A stretch of 64,000 nt of DNA from Mobula hypostoma. Its lineage: Eukaryota. The notes under the pieces are model-generated. The model ran no database searches, was not told where the DNA came from, and saw only the letters and a program-made list of their open reading frames with translations. Positions 12,862 to 26,215 of this stretch are shown piece after piece. The translations under genes and the position numbers were made by a program. Numbering within the stretch: the stretch's first letter is position 1; each line of letters opens with the position of its first letter. Where the stretch lies: contig NC_086097.1 of assembly GCF_963921235.1 (NCBI RefSeq), positions 207,950,001 to 208,014,000 of the forward strand. Reading direction: 5' to 3'.

Positions 12862-15544
12862 TATAAGAACTATGTAGTTTCTGGAGATGTTTGCCCGAGT
12901 TCTCCCATTTAGCTAGCTGGAAGATAATTGTTGAACATCACAGATCCCTAAAGACTGCCACCAAATTGCAATGCTGCAGAGAAGAAAGAATTCTAATTTG
13001 GCATATGTACTTAAGTACAGTAAAAAACTTGGTTTTGCTTGCCATCCATTGCAAATGTTTTATCACAACAGTGTACTGAGGTAGTACATGGGAAAACCAA
13101 TAAAAATGCAGAATTAAGTGCTACTGTTACAAATAACGTGCAAGGCCATAACAGAGACCAGTAAATTGCCCTGGCATCTTTCAATTCCAGTTGCAAAAAC
13201 CATCACTTCAGTTTTGATTGTAAAATAACACTTACAAAATGCCAGTGCCTAAGGCATATTATATTGTCAGAGATATTGAAACTTGGCTGTACCCTAAACA
13301 TCCGTTTGTGTGGTTCAGGTGTTAACGCCCCATCCTACTAATTTTCTGAAATAAAAATGTTTTCAATAATTGCTGTTGTCAACTCACCTCTCAGAACCAC
13401 ACATCCCTGCCTTCTTTAAAAAGTCATATTTATCAACTTAGCAGACACTTACTTATTCAAATTAATTCATTGTACTCAAGCCATTTTGCAGCAGCTTCAG
13501 ATTTAGAAAGGAATTGTGCCATAAGAGTAGTAAATTTACACAAGTTTAGAATCGGTCCTATACTACCTTCAGTAGCATCATCATTCACTTGATTTACCTC
13601 AAGAATATTCTGCTCCTGTCCATTCCCTGAAATTGGTACAAAACTGAATGCAATCCACATTGTGAACAGAAAGGTGGGAAAGTAGCTGGGCTACAGAAAT
13701 GCATATTTCACAACACATGCCAATGATATTAAACCCAATTCTGATTTTGAAATGCAGTACACAGCTCCCATAGATTCAGTAGCTGAAGTTCACATTTTCA
13801 GTTTGGCTTAGTATGGCTTCAACCCAAGCCAAGATGCTCAGCCTATGCCTTTGGGTCATAAGATTGCCCGATTGTGTATTTCTAAGCTCTAGTAGCAGAA
13901 AATTTAAATAACTATCATGGAATAGGAGAATGGACACTGAGTCCTGACTTAACTGAAATCCAGAGAAAGCCACATACAAAGATGGTTATTAGTCTGTGAA
14001 GCTCTGAGACTGATTTAGGGAATCAGCAGTTTGCCAAACTATAGTGGATTCATCTGGAGCAATTCAAAATCAACTGACAGCGGGATCGTGAACAGAAATT
14101 ATTTATGCCATCACAACAACAATGTGGCATTGATTGTGGAACAGATGCCATGTCATCTAAGCAGCACATGTCAGGGAAATAAACACTAGAGCGATTCTTT
14201 ATGCAATGGAACTGGGGGATCAGTAAGGGCTTCAAAAGAATAATGACCCATGTCTTTGTGGGCAGCACAAGAACCAAGGACAAACACTCAGAAGTAGGGA
14301 AACCAAGCCTGGTACTTACTGAATGTTGGATACCACAAGACTTCATGAAACTGATTGCCTCACATATCAACATGCGGTATATTGTGCAAAATAAGACCAA
14401 GCGCATCTTTACCAGCTATCAGTGGTGATCTCTAATCTAATTAAATGTATTTAGGTAATTTAAAAAAGGTACTTCTGTAATGCCTTGCTTGCTTTTACAC
14501 CTCCATCACTTCATCACTTGAATTAGTATAAAATATATTTAGCTTTACAAGATTTAACAAAAAATCTAAAAGTATTTATTTAAAATTTTAAAGCCTTGGT
14601 AGAAGATGCAGTGTCAACCCCATCCAACCTTATCTCAGTCCATCAGCCATTAAAACTCATATTTCCATTATCATTGTTCTACACCAGCCCATCTTTATAA
14701 CCAGCACCCCATTGATCAATTTGCCAACAATTAAACTTCAAAACCTTTTCCTCTATCTTTCATCTCACCAAATAGCATTCACCCATGGTTACTGATCTGC
14801 TTGGGTTCCAATTGGCCATCTCTCCACTTCAATGTTCTCATTCATGTTCAACTCTCTCCTTTCCTTACTCTTGGGCTCTTACAGTAATCTCACTGCTAAG
14901 TTTCTGTATTCTCCTCCAGCCTTCCAACAATCAGTGTATTCCTCGTGCATCTCGTTCCTCTTCGGCTGGTTGTGATTTTGTTTGAAAAGAATTCTGTAAA
15001 ATACACTGGCATGTTTTAATATACTGAAGAAATAGCAGTAGTGACCTCAGCCTCTGAATAAGAAATAAGTGCATGTTGTTTTCTGTGCAATGGTAGACAT
15101 TATGTTCATACTAACATCAATCTGGCTCTGTTATTTTTGTCCAACTAGTAGCCAACTCCACCAAAACCAGAGGCATACCGTTTCTGATCACCAGATATGT
15201 AACACTACAGCAAAAATGACAAAATAAACCATTAAAATTTATATGTCCATGCTATACACAGTTAAACAGTTCTGAAATACTGATAACACTTCAAAAGTAA
15301 TAATTGACTCTAAAGCATTTTGGAAATAAAAGGCAATGTCCAAGCTCATTTAAATTAAAAAAGATGAGCTAAAAGACTACAAGGAGTTAAAAATTTTACG
15401 TGGTTACCCAATTCCCTGCTTCCATCTGACTGAATACTTGTAAAGTACAGACACAGCCCCCAATTGAATGGACTTATCCATGGTTTCCAACTGTACTTAA
15501 TTGTTCCACAGGCAGAGGGCTTCTGCACCCAACAGGCATCTGAT

Positions 15545-16510
15545 GAACATGAGATTCTGCAGACGCTAGAAATCGAGAGTAACGCACACACAGTACTGGA
15601 TGAACTCAGCAAGTCAAGGAACTCTATGGAGAGGAATAAACAGTTGACATTTCGGGCCAAGACCCTTCATCATGACTGGAAAGGAAGGGTGATGAAGCCA
15701 GAATAAGACAGGCAAAGGTGTACAAGCTGGCAGGTGATAGGTGAAGTAATTGACTGGGGGGCGGGGGCTGGAGGGGTTGAAGTGAGATGCTGCGAGGTGA
15801 TGAGGTAGAAAATATCAAGGGCTTCAGAAAGAATCACATAGGAGAGAGTGGTCTATGAGAGAAAGGAAAGGAGGTCGGTGCCCATGGCTACACGTCTAGT
15901 TTGAAGTAGGAACAGCTGAAAGAGAAATAGTTGAGTGTGAGTACTAATTTGCCAGACGAAGGAGGGTGGTGGTGGAGGGAAACTGGTTAGGTCAATTGTC
16001 TAGAAAGCAACAGAGCACTTTAAGGCCTTTCTTAAGGGGTTAGAAGTGTACTGAAAATCCACAGGGACTGAACATCCATTGTGAAAATAAGGTGCTCAGG
16101 ACCCGGAACTAAAAGTGGTTGAAGAGACTGAGAACATGTGAAATGTCACAAATGTAGGTGAGAAGGGACTGAACCAAAGGGGATAAAATGGAATCGGGCT
16201 ATGCGGACACGCGTTCAGTGGGGCAGGTGTGGGCAGAAACAAATGGCTATCTGGACAGTCAGGTTTGTAGATCCTGGGCAGGAGGTTAAAAAAAAGACCA
16301 CTGGGGAGAGGGTAAAGAAATTTATGAGGATGATTGCAGTGGATGGGAGATCGAGTGTTGATGAGGTTAGGGATGGTGTAGGACAAAATGAGCTGAATGG
16401 GGTCCTTTGCAAGGGGTAAGAGGCAGTGTCTCAGTGTTACCACTTGGCCTCAGCCACACTAAAACAGCACACCCCTTTGACTGTGGGTTTGAAGGTGAGG
16501 TTGGGATTAG
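15545..16510 (-). mobile_element. Old Penelope-like element remnant (RT fragment plus pseudo-LTR with decayed hammerhead)
   Basis: The minus strand encodes broken pieces such as VSAHTCPTERVSA..SILSPLVQSL.TYI. The segment 15545-15860 resembles the PLE terminal repeat at 32008-32445. Confidence 0.7.
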
Positions 16511-16645
16511 TGCACTGAGTGAGACAGTAGAGGCCTGAAGTATTATATCCTAACAGGTTGCCTAGTCTGTGATATTAAAACCTTTCAAACAGATTTAATT
16601 CAAGATTCAAAATTCTTCAATGTCATTTTGCAACATACACATGCA

Positions 16646-17493
16646 CAGTGGCATGCAAAAGTTTGGGCACCCCAGTCAAAATTTTTGTTACTGTGAATAG
16701 CTAAGCGAGTAAAAGATGAACTGATTTCCAAAAGGCATAAGGTTAAAGATGACACATTTCTTTAATATTTTAAGCAAGAAAACTTTTTTATTTCCATCTT
16801 TTACAGCTTCAAGATAACAAAAAAGGGCCCAAAGCAAAAGACTGGGCACCCTGCATGGCAATACTTAGTAACACCGCCTTTGGCAAGTATCACAGCTTGT
16901 AAATGCTTTTTGGAGCCAGCTAAGAGTCTTTCAATTCTTGTTTGGGGGATTTTCACCCATTCTTCCTTGCAAAAGGCTTCTAGTTCTGTGAGATTCTTGG
17001 GCCGTCTTGCATGCACTGCTCTTTTGAGATCCATCCACAGGGTCTCGATGATGTTTAGGTCAGGGGACTGTGAGGGCCATGGCAAAGCCTTCAGCTTGCG
17101 CCTCTTGAGGTAGTCCATTGTGGATTTTGAGGTGTGCTTCGGATCATTATCCTGCTGTAGAAGCCATCCTCTTTTCATCTTCGGCATTTTTACAGACGGT
17201 GTGACGTTTGCTTCCAGAATTTGCTGGTATTTAATTGAATTCATTCTTCCCTCTACCAGTAAATGTCCCCCGTGCCACTGGCTGCAACACAAGCCCAAAG
17301 CATGATCGATCCACCCCCGTGCTTAACAGTTGGAGAGGTGCTCTTTTCATGAAATTCTGCACCCTTTTTTCTCCAAACATACCTTTGCTCATTGCGGCCA
17401 AAAAGTTCTATTCAAAAGGTTCAAAGCAACATCTAAACAAGCCTGATGCATTTTGGAAACAAGTCCTGTGGACTGATGAAGTTAAAATAGAAC
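16646..17493 (-). mobile_element. Truncated Tc1-type transposon (3' half, DD34E transposase)
   Basis: TIR cagtggcatgcaaaagtttgggcaccc at 16646. ORF 16801-17298 contains QQDNDPKH...WPSQSPDLNIIE with 34 residues between D and E. Confidence 0.9.
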
Positions 17494-17929
17494 ATTTTGT
17501 CAAAAAAAAGTTGTAAAACAACTTGAAATTCATGAAGTACCATATCTTGGGCCTGTTAACAAAATTAAATTAAGTAGGATTAAAGAAAAGTGACAGCATT
17601 ATTACAAAATTAGCTAAGAGGTTAAATGTAGAGCAGAGGAAAATGACTGTAGTTTAAGACCAGAGGGAAATATCTTACCCACTGATTTGTTTTCGAGATT
17701 ATTATTCTTGTTGTTGCATAATAATGGCTTGAAATGGGCACCGAAAGCATAAATTGAAAGCCTGCAGATGATTTTAAAATGAAATGTGGTAAGCAGAAGA
17801 ACTGATGGTGACAATTCAGGAGGAGATAATTGGAAAAAAATGCTGAAAAGGCGAAACAGAAAACACAGGGATTTCTGCTCCCATAGATCCTGCACGATCT
17901 GAGTATATCTGACTTCCTCTGTTTTTACT

Positions 17930-19200
17930 TCAGGAGAAGTTTTGGGACTCCTTTGATCAAGGGAAATAGAGATAATCTAGATAAGTAGGGGCCAGTAAGT
18001 CTCACAACGGTGGAAGGGAAGTTAGTGGAAAGAATTCATAGGGTTATGATTCATGGACTTTTGGAAAAACATGGCTTGATCAGGGACTGCCAGCATAGTT
18101 TTTTGCAAGGCAAATCACATTTCATAAACTGTACCAGTGCCTTATAAAGCATCAACATTACATCCTTGCTTTTATATTCTTATTTTCCAGTCCTCTCAAA
18201 ATGAATGCTAACATCACATTTGCCTTCCTCACCACCGACTTATCCTGTAAATTAACCTTTTTGATTCAGAACTGACTTGCCCATAGAAGTCTCACTGGAG
18301 ATCTGTGATGAGGATTGGTGTTGGGATCTCATGAAAATGTGGATGGGAGAGTTAGAAAGTTTGATGATGACAACACAAAGGTTGGTGAAGTTGTAGACAG
18401 TGTAGATGGCTGTCAAGGGGCACAGCAGGATATAGAGAAATGACAGGTGCAGCTTAATCCAAGGAAATGTGAGGTGTTGCACTTCCGAAGGTCAAATGAG
18501 TTAATGGCAGGACCGTAACAGCACTGATGTACAGAGGAATCTTGGGGTTCAAGTACATAGCTCCCTTAATGTGACCATGCAAGAAGATATGAGTGACACA
18601 CAAAATGTTGCAGGAACTCAGCAAGTTAGCAGCAACTGTGAAGGGGAATAAACAGACGATGCTTCAGGCCAAAACAATTCATTTGGCAATAGCTTTATAA
18701 AATTTGGTTAAGCCACACTTGGGAGTATTGTGCACATTTCTGGTCATCCCAATGGAGGCTGTAGAAAGTGTACAGGATATGCTAAGCAGTATCCTGCATA
18801 GATTAGAGGTTATGAGCTATAAGGAGAAGTTGGAAACACAGGCTGTTTTCTCTGGAGCAAAGAGGCTGAGTGGAACCCTTAAAAAATTTTATAAAATTGA
18901 GACATAGATGGTAGGGTAGGTGGCTAGAACATTTTTTTGGAGGTAGAAATGCCAAATAGTTTGGATTAAATCTTCTCTCTCTCTCTCACTTTGAAAGGAG
19001 ATGTGCAGGCCAAGTGTTTTGTGTATTTTTAAAAAGCAGTCTGTTATGTGCTTGGAATAGGCTGCCAGGGTGCTGTGAAAGCAGGTACGACAGTGGCCTT
19101 TTGGACAGACAGTTGAATATGTAAGGAATGCAGGAATATGTATCATGAGCAGACAGAAGAGATCTAGTTAAATTTGGCATCATGTTCAGCAGAGACATCT
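17930..19200 (+). mobile_element. Highly degenerate, rearranged CR1 fragments
   Basis: Scattered CR1 ORF2-like pieces (e.g. LVKPHLG..., FLQGKSHF). A short opposite-orientation piece at ~18130-18260. Confidence 0.55.
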
Positions 19201-19499
19201 GGGTCAGGTGATCTTAATTTCAAGCCCCACTCAATCACTTGAAGATATTTCAATTCAGTAATGAGGGTGGCTGTACGGTTTGGGTTGTCTTCCTTTAGCT
19301 ACAATATATACCTTAGCTTGGCCATTCTGTTGGTAAAAAAGATCCTCTAACTCTTCAATGAAGAGGAACATTTTCCTGGCATCTCAGCCAAGAGTTCAAA
19401 GCAGTGCACAGAAGAGATAGCACACATAAAAAAAGAATAAGTCAAAAAGATTATTAATACAGGTAACCAAAGATTTGATCGAAGAGGTACAAGAGAGAA

Positions 19500-20135
19500 G
19501 AGATGACACAGCAGAAGACCTGCTGCTTCACAGTACCAAAGATCAGGATTCAATCCTGACTCAAGCCTCAGGACTCACACCACCAAGTTCAGGATCAGTT
19601 ATCTTCCCTCAACCATCATGCTCTAGAACCAAAGGGGGCAACTTCACTCGTCCCATCACTGAAATGTTCCCACAATCTCATGGACCTACTTTCAAGGGCT
19701 TTTCATCTCATGTTCTGGATATTTATTGCTTACTTATTTAGATTATCATTTCTTCTTTTTGTATTTGCACACGGGTCGAAAGCCCAAGATGATGCAGTCT
19801 TTCACTGATTCTATTATGGATTTATTGAGCATGCCCACAAGAAAATGAATCTCAAAGTTGTATGTGACATACATGTACTTTGATAATACATTTACTTTGA
19901 ACTTTGGTGTTGGCTACAAGGAGCTTACATGTAGTTGCTCAAGTTTCTTCCAGGTGTTCAGGTTTCCTAACCTGAGTTAGTAGGTTAATAAGACTATTAT
20001 AAATTGCTGTTAGTGAATGGTCTAATCTTTAATAAGATAGTCAAGAGAACAAAAATAATAAAGGATTAATGGAAGATTGATGCAAATAGGTTTTTGATGG
20101 TAGGCCTGGATTTGGTGAGCTGAAGTCCTGATTTC
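19500..20135 (+). mobile_element. Decayed tRNA-derived SINE (HE1/V-SINE-like) split by a Rex1-type 3' fragment (~19561-19905)
   Basis: Head with B-box-like gattcaatcct resumes after the insert with a V-domain-like tttcttccaggtgttcaggtttcct. The insert resembles the 3' end at 55380-55715. Confidence 0.5.
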
Positions 20136-20837
20136 TTGCTTGCCTTATGAGAATAATTAGTGAGAATTAAGGAGTGTATATCATCAAATGTGTAACCACA
20201 AATAGTAGAATGAAAAATATTTATGATGTACAAATGTATCAAGCTAAACGAACATAGTTTTAAGAGTTGTGGAACTGTGAGATGTCCAGATTTCCAGGAA
20301 TTAGAATTCAGACATAACGATAACAATTTTAAAGTCAACATGCTAAGCACAGGCATCTAGTATGAGCTGCAGACACAAATGAATTGGCGTTAGGATTCAC
20401 CATAAAAATTACATCTCACACTTTTCAGAGGTTTACAAAACTCGAACATTATTGAAAACTCCCAATGATAATAATTTTAAAATATAATTCCTAGAAATGG
20501 GAATTCAATCCAATTCATTTACAAATGATATCCACATTAAACAGGGAACCAGGAGTGTATATAATACTCCTGATTTAATCTCAAAACAAAAAGCTTGCCA
20601 GGTATTGGTAAGAATAGTCTTGGTTACAAAATTTCCTCATTATCCTTTTCCACCATCACTGCATCAGCTTAAAAATATTTACAAGTTTGATTTACAGGTA
20701 ACACATTTAAATAGAATGTTCTGAAGTTTCTCAAAATAAATTTATAATTTACATTTCTCAGCATTTATCACGCAGGAAGCTATATAAAAAAAAGCAACTT
20801 TCCATTTTCTATTCCCAATTTTTACACTTCATCTTAC

Positions 20838-20885
20838 CTCATTGGGAGAAACAGTTCCTGCTTCAGACCCTACAGCACGCAACTT
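20838..20885 (-). CDS. ATP6V1H: ATP6V1H small frame-preserving cassette exon (48 nt): KLRAVGSEAGTVSPNE
   Basis: Homologous to mammalian KLRGSGVAVETGTVSSSD. Acceptor tttttatttccttgttag, donor gtaaga; phase 0-0; lies in the expected position between the ...LSSQ and SSQY... exons. Confidence 0.9.
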
Positions 20886-22424
20886 CTAACAAGGAAATAA
20901 AAATGACATGTTTCGTATAAATTGGAATCCAAAGGAACATGCATTAAAACTTCAACTGCATGATGACAATCGCAGTTTTAAAATAAATGTATATATACTG
21001 CATTACTGCAGAGATAATCAGTTGCTAATTTAAATCATAAGAGCTACAAAATAAAACTTCTGCGCAAAGCAATAATTAAAGAAATTTGTTTTAAAAAAAA
21101 TGCCAAACCGAGGTCAGGATATTTAACAGCAAGTACAATATATCCACTCGTGATCTTTTATGTTTAAGTAGAAATAATGTATGGAAGTTACATATGCAAT
21201 TAGTTAACAGAGTACAGACCTCTTCCTTGAAGTACCAGAATCACTAAAATATGGCAATACAAATTATGCAAAATATTGATTAAAATACGGAAAATTTTAA
21301 ACTTAGTATAATTCTACCACTTAGTGATTATATATCATCTTACTAACCTGCCGTGTAAAAATTGAGTATAGGTAATAAACTAACAGTGATACACTTCAGA
21401 AAGGTATTAATTGACTGTGAAGACCTTCATCTAGAATAGGATATTTGGGAGAATGAAGCCATGCAGAGCAATACAAAGCTTTCCAAAAGCAGGGCAACGT
21501 AAGAGAAAGGATCTTGGCAGGAAAGCGATATCCACTAAGGGTCTTTAGAGAACACAAACCTCAACAAGGACCTACGGGAAAGTGCCGGAGAATGGAGTTG
21601 ACAGGGATAATAAATCAACCACAATAGAATGGTAGAGCCCAATTCTGCACCCATGACTTATGATCAACACTTTAAAAAACATAAATGAAGTAATTTGTAA
21701 AGCAGAACTACCAAGAGCTACAACCACAAAGCATGACAAAAACAGCTTTGCCCATGCAAGGTTACCTCAGTTTCTATATCATTTGTATTTTCTCCATTCA
21801 GGGGATTAAATTATACCTTGGTTTAAAGTCCATCACTCAGCCCCTCTATACATGGTTTAATCTTGTTTTCTCACTCATCTGCAATAAGTAGTTGTGACAG
21901 CACAAGAGTGAAGCTTTCAGACTTCTCCATGTGCCACACAGCCAAGTTCGCAAGATTCAAATAAGGCAACGTTCACACAAAATACAGCTAGTAGTGAAAC
22001 TTGATACCAAGTCACACTTACTTTATCATGATAATCCTCTATCCCACCTGAAACTGGTTGAGTAGACCCTTTGATGCAGTGAGTCAAAGTACCATCTACT
22101 AAAGTCTTGGCTCTCTCTTTCACCTAGAACTGCTGCGTGCAGGATGTCTCTCATTGTGTGCTTGCTAGGACCAATACAAAGAACATCAAGGAGGACTGAA
22201 TCACAACACAAGCTCACTGAGGACATCAAGCTCAGTTTCTCGTTGGCGAGGCAGAGTAAGCCACCATTCCCGTCACCACTGTTATCTAGAGAATATGGGT
22301 CTTCCAACTCTATCTTGGTTCAACATAATAAATAACAAGCCGACTCAAGAAAGGCTGGTTCAATTTCACCCATAGATAGAGCACTTGGCAAGATTTTCAG
22401 AGCTGAAATGCTAACAAAAGCATA

Positions 22425-22685
22425 GCCCATAAGGCATAGGAACAGAATTAAGCCATTTTCAATTCGAGTCTGCCCCACCATTGGATCATGGTGGATTTAT
22501 TTTCTCTTTCACCTTCATTCTCCTACCTTCCCCTCGTAACCTTATTATTAATTAAGAACCTATCAACCTCCAATTTAAATATATCCAATAACTTAGCCTC
22601 CACAAACATCTATGATAATAAATTCCACAAATTCACTACCCTCTGGCTGAAGAAATTCTCATTTCTGTTCTAGAAGGATGTCCCG
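22425..22685 (-). mobile_element. CR1 3'-end fragment
   Basis: Similar to the 3' ends at 7845-8100 and 30220-30480. Confidence 0.7.
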
Positions 22686-24124
22686 TATCAAAGATTCAAA
22701 CTTAGAAGGATATTCAAAGTGAATCATTCTTTATTTCCTTTGTTTTATAAACACTACAAAACACTAAAGACTGCAGGTGCTGGAAATCTGATATAAAAAC
22801 ATACTGACTGACATGACAGGTTGTTGCTTCAGTTGAGAGAAAAATGAAGACCTGTAAACTAGAGAGTACTTGTATGGTGATGCAAATATAAAATTGGGAA
22901 CAAAGGGAAAGGAATAAAATTTCCTGGAAGGGCAAGACATGAAGTCTGCATTTGCTAGAAATCTTTTTAAAAAAGTCAGAGAAAAGAGCATTAATGTTAC
23001 ATATTGATAACCTTCCATGAGTATTATGCAATAAAGTAATTTCACAGGTAGCTAGCATCATAAGAGAGCTTTCGTCACATTGGCCATAAATCAGAGTTGA
23101 CTGATGATAGCTGGTAGGTGATAGGTGAAGATTACACAGGACAAATTTCCAGCATCTGAAGAATTTCGCGTCCTTGGTGTTATACTTCAAATTTGCCGGA
23201 GGTGGCACAAACACTACGAATGATAAGGTCAACGTCTCTACTTATTTCCTCTGAACATCTTGTATGTTCTCCTGTTTTAGTTTTCTGAGTTGAAACAATT
23301 GCTTCTCCTTCTCCCTGCAATCAATCCATAAGCAAATCTCATCCCTAGGCAACTCTGATAGAATTCTGAGCTGAAACAACTGCTTCTCCGTGTCCCTAAT
23401 CAATCCATAAGCAACTGATAGTCTCGCTGTTTTAATCAGTTTTCACTCTACTGAGTTTATTTCTTCCTGCCCTGACTCCTTCCCCTCATCTTACCTAATA
23501 TCTTCACACCTATAACAGTTTCCTCATCCCAACCAGTTTATTTTCACCATGGATATTCAATTCTTCTTTTCTCCATCCCTCAAGTAACTCAAGGTCTCAT
23601 CACTTTATCCTGGAAAAGAGGCTCACCTCACTCTTCTCCATTACCACCAATCTCCTTAGTAACACTGAACTCATTTGCACATCAAAGAACTATTCCTTTG
23701 ACTCTATGAAATATGTAGTAATGGGAACACACATGGGTACAAGCTATGTAATATCTGTTCCTTTGTATAATGGACAAAATAGCTATTTTAATCCTATTTA
23801 GGCCCCTCCATTAGTTTGTCCCCAGTACATTAGCAACCGCATCTGAGCTGCTTTCTGTACTCACACAGGATTCACAATTTCATTATCTCAGTGTACGGGG
23901 TCTTTTCTTTTGTATGTTAAATTTAAAATGGCTTCTTTCTTATGTTAATCTTTTAAATTGCTGCATATATGGATTGAAATGGCTTCTTTGTTATGTTAAA
24001 TGCGGAGAAAGTCTCTAGCTAGACATTTGCTGGGGTTATTACAGACAGCAGGGTGCTATTAGCCAATGGGTGTTCATGTATCGTTTTTATTCGGATGATG
24101 ATGCTGTCTCATATGACTGGGAAC

Positions 24125-24960
24125 GGGGGTTTTTGGCGGGGAGTCAGAGGAGAGACGGGGAGGACGGTGGACGGGGTTTTTGGCGGGGAGTCGGAGGAGA
24201 GACGAGGAGGACAGTGGACGGGGTTTTTGGCGGGGAGTCGGAGGAGAGACGGGGAGGACGGTGGACGGGGTTTTTGGCAGGGAGTCGGAGGAGAGACAGG
24301 GAGGACGGTGGACGGGGTTTTTGGCGGGGAGTCGGAGGAGAGACGAGGACGACAGTGGACGGGGTTTTTGGCGGGGAGTCGGAGGAGAGACAGGGAGGAC
24401 GGTGGACGGGGTTTTAGGCGGGGAGTCGGAGGAGAGACGAGGAGGACGGTGGACGGGGTTTTTGGCGGGGAGTCGGAGGAGAGACAGGGAGGACGGTGGA
24501 CGGGGTTTTTAGTGGGGAGTCGGAGGAGAGATGGGGAGGACGGTGGATGGGGTTTTTGGGGGGAGTCGGAGGAGAGACAGGGAGGACAGTGGATGGGGTT
24601 TTTGGGGGGAGTCGGAGGAGAGACAGGGAGGACGGTGGACGGGGTTTTTGGCGGGGAGTCGGAGGAGAGACGAGGAGGACAGTGGACGGGGTTTTTGGCG
24701 GGGAGTCGGAGGAGAGACGGGGAGGACAGTGGACGGGGTTTTTGGCAGGGAGGAGAGACAGGGAGGACGGTGGACGGGGTTTTTGGCGGGGAGTCGGAGG
24801 AGAGACGAGGAGGACAGTGGACGGGGTTTTTGGCGGGGAGTCGGAGGAGAGACAGGGAGGACGGTGGACGGGGTTTTTGGCGGGGAGTCGGAGGAGAGAC
24901 AGGGAGGACAGTGGATGGGGTTTTTGGGGGGAGTCGGAGGAGAGACGCAGAGGACGGCGG
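24125..24960 (+). repeat. G-rich 47-bp minisatellite (~18 copies) inside the 5' LTR
   Basis: Unit ggggtttttggcggggagtcggaggagagacggggaggacggtggac; T-runs start at 24130 and 24177 (period 47). Confidence 0.95.
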
Positions 24961-25012
24961 ACATGCGAAAAGGCTCCAGTCAATCACTCCGGGTGGTGCC
25001 GAGCCGTGAATC

Positions 25013-25246
25013 AATAGACAACAGGTGCAGGAGTAGGCCATCTGGCCCTTCAAGCCAGCACCACCATTCACTGTGATCATGGCTGATCATCCACAATCAG
25101 TACCCCGTTCCTGCCTTATCCCCATGACCTTTGATTCCACTGTCTTTAAGAGCTCTATCCATCTCTTTCTTGGAAACATCCAGAGACTTGGCCTCCACAG
25201 CCTTCTGGGGCAGAGCATTCCATATATCCACCACTCTCTGGGTGAA
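25013..25246 (-). mobile_element. CR1 3'-end fragment inserted in the 5' LTR
   Basis: Absent at the matching site of the 3' LTR (gagccgtgagtcgacaggatcc). Encodes FTQRVVDIWNALPQKAVEA on the minus strand. Confidence 0.9.
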
Positions 25247-25553
25247 AGGATCCAGGTGGTCATCAGGAATTTCCGAGCTCCAACTTGTGCACGAAGAACT
25301 TGGACTTTGATAAGGCTGGCGCCTTTTTTTCCCCCCATTACTTCCTTTTCTGTATCGAACTGATATTAATGTCATAAACTTAGTAATACCTATAAAGTGT
25401 ACTTGGTAAAACATACTGGGTATGCTGGCTGATGATTGATATTTGGGCTTGATTTGGGCAGCAACCGACCCAGCGGGAAGCGTTCAGGCCGGTGCCAGGC
25501 CGAGCGGGATTTCCCCTAGACATATACGAGCCAATATAACTGAGCATTACAAG

Positions 25554-25576
25554 TGGGGGCTACCGTCCTGGATTTG
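25554..25576 (+). promoter_or_regulatory. Primer-binding site, tRNA-Pro-like
   Basis: tgggggctaccgtcctggatttg just after the 5' LTR, close to the complement of the tRNA-Pro 3' end (TGGGGGCTCGTCCGGGATTTG). Confidence 0.7.
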
Positions 25577-25617
25577 GGATTTTCGGTAAAGCTGTAATAG
25601 TTGCCTCGTTAAGTGGT

Positions 25618-26215
25618 GTGAAGATGGATCGAGATAAGATTGTAAGTTGGTGTGAATGGGAGGAGGTACCGGTGAATCATGCGTGCGTGCTAAGTGGGGT
25701 GGATTTCCGCATTTCAGGAGATATACTAGTGCGGGGGTTGAGTTTGATTAAAGGTATCAGGCAGGTAGAACTTATAGCTAGAAGGGGTGGGAAAGAACTG
25801 GAGTCCAGCTGGATGTTGGTGCGGATGAGTGCCAACGTCATGACTTTGGAACTGCCAGCAACAGTCCACGTCCAGGGGGAGGCAGGGCCGTGGGGTCTCC
25901 ACACCCTCCCGGAGGACGAAAGTGAGGAGGTGCCAGAGGAGGATCTAGATGAGGCCCCAGGGGAGGTGCCAGTAGCCAGGGGTGGAGGGTTACAGTGGGA
26001 AGGCTTGGCCAGGCCCCGTCCCCCAGTTAGGGCTGAGACCTCCGAGTTAGTGGCTGCCATTACCTCCCTGGTGAGAAGGGTTGAGGGGCCAGGCCCACCC
26101 TGGAAGGGGAGGCTGACTATGAGGTATGGATTGAGAATACGTCCCAGTTGTTAGAAGCATGGTCAGTTTCGGATGAGGAAAGGAGACAGCGATTGGTGGA
26201 AAGTTTGAGGGACCG
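25618..26215 (+). pseudogene. Truncated, frameshifted PNMA-like gag (N-terminal domain plus start of capsid domain)
   Basis: ORF 25618-26154, then in a shifted frame GEADYEVWIENTSQLLEAWSVSDEERRQRLVESLR, which resembles the PNMA capsid motif (E.F..W......W...E.EK.R.L.ESLRGPA). Confidence 0.75.

Larger units (their letters stand above)
23892..25551 (+). repeat. 5' LTR of the Gypsy element
   Basis: Starts TG, ends TTACA, followed by the PBS; homologous to 27968-29712. Confidence 0.9.

Noticed and set aside
21900..22410. Unique, coding-looking stretch (similar ones at 13457-13660, 31311-31710 and 58250-58570)
   Set aside because: No motif I can assign; possibly ancient element debris. BLASTX would be needed.
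24125..24960. CRISPR-like regular repeat array
   Set aside because: No unique spacers and no cas genes; it is a head-to-tail minisatellite in a eukaryotic LTR.
24053..25080. Long overlapping G/R/E-rich and P/S-rich ORFs on both strands
   Set aside because: Artefacts of the stop-free 47-bp minisatellite; the same applies to 28079-29524.
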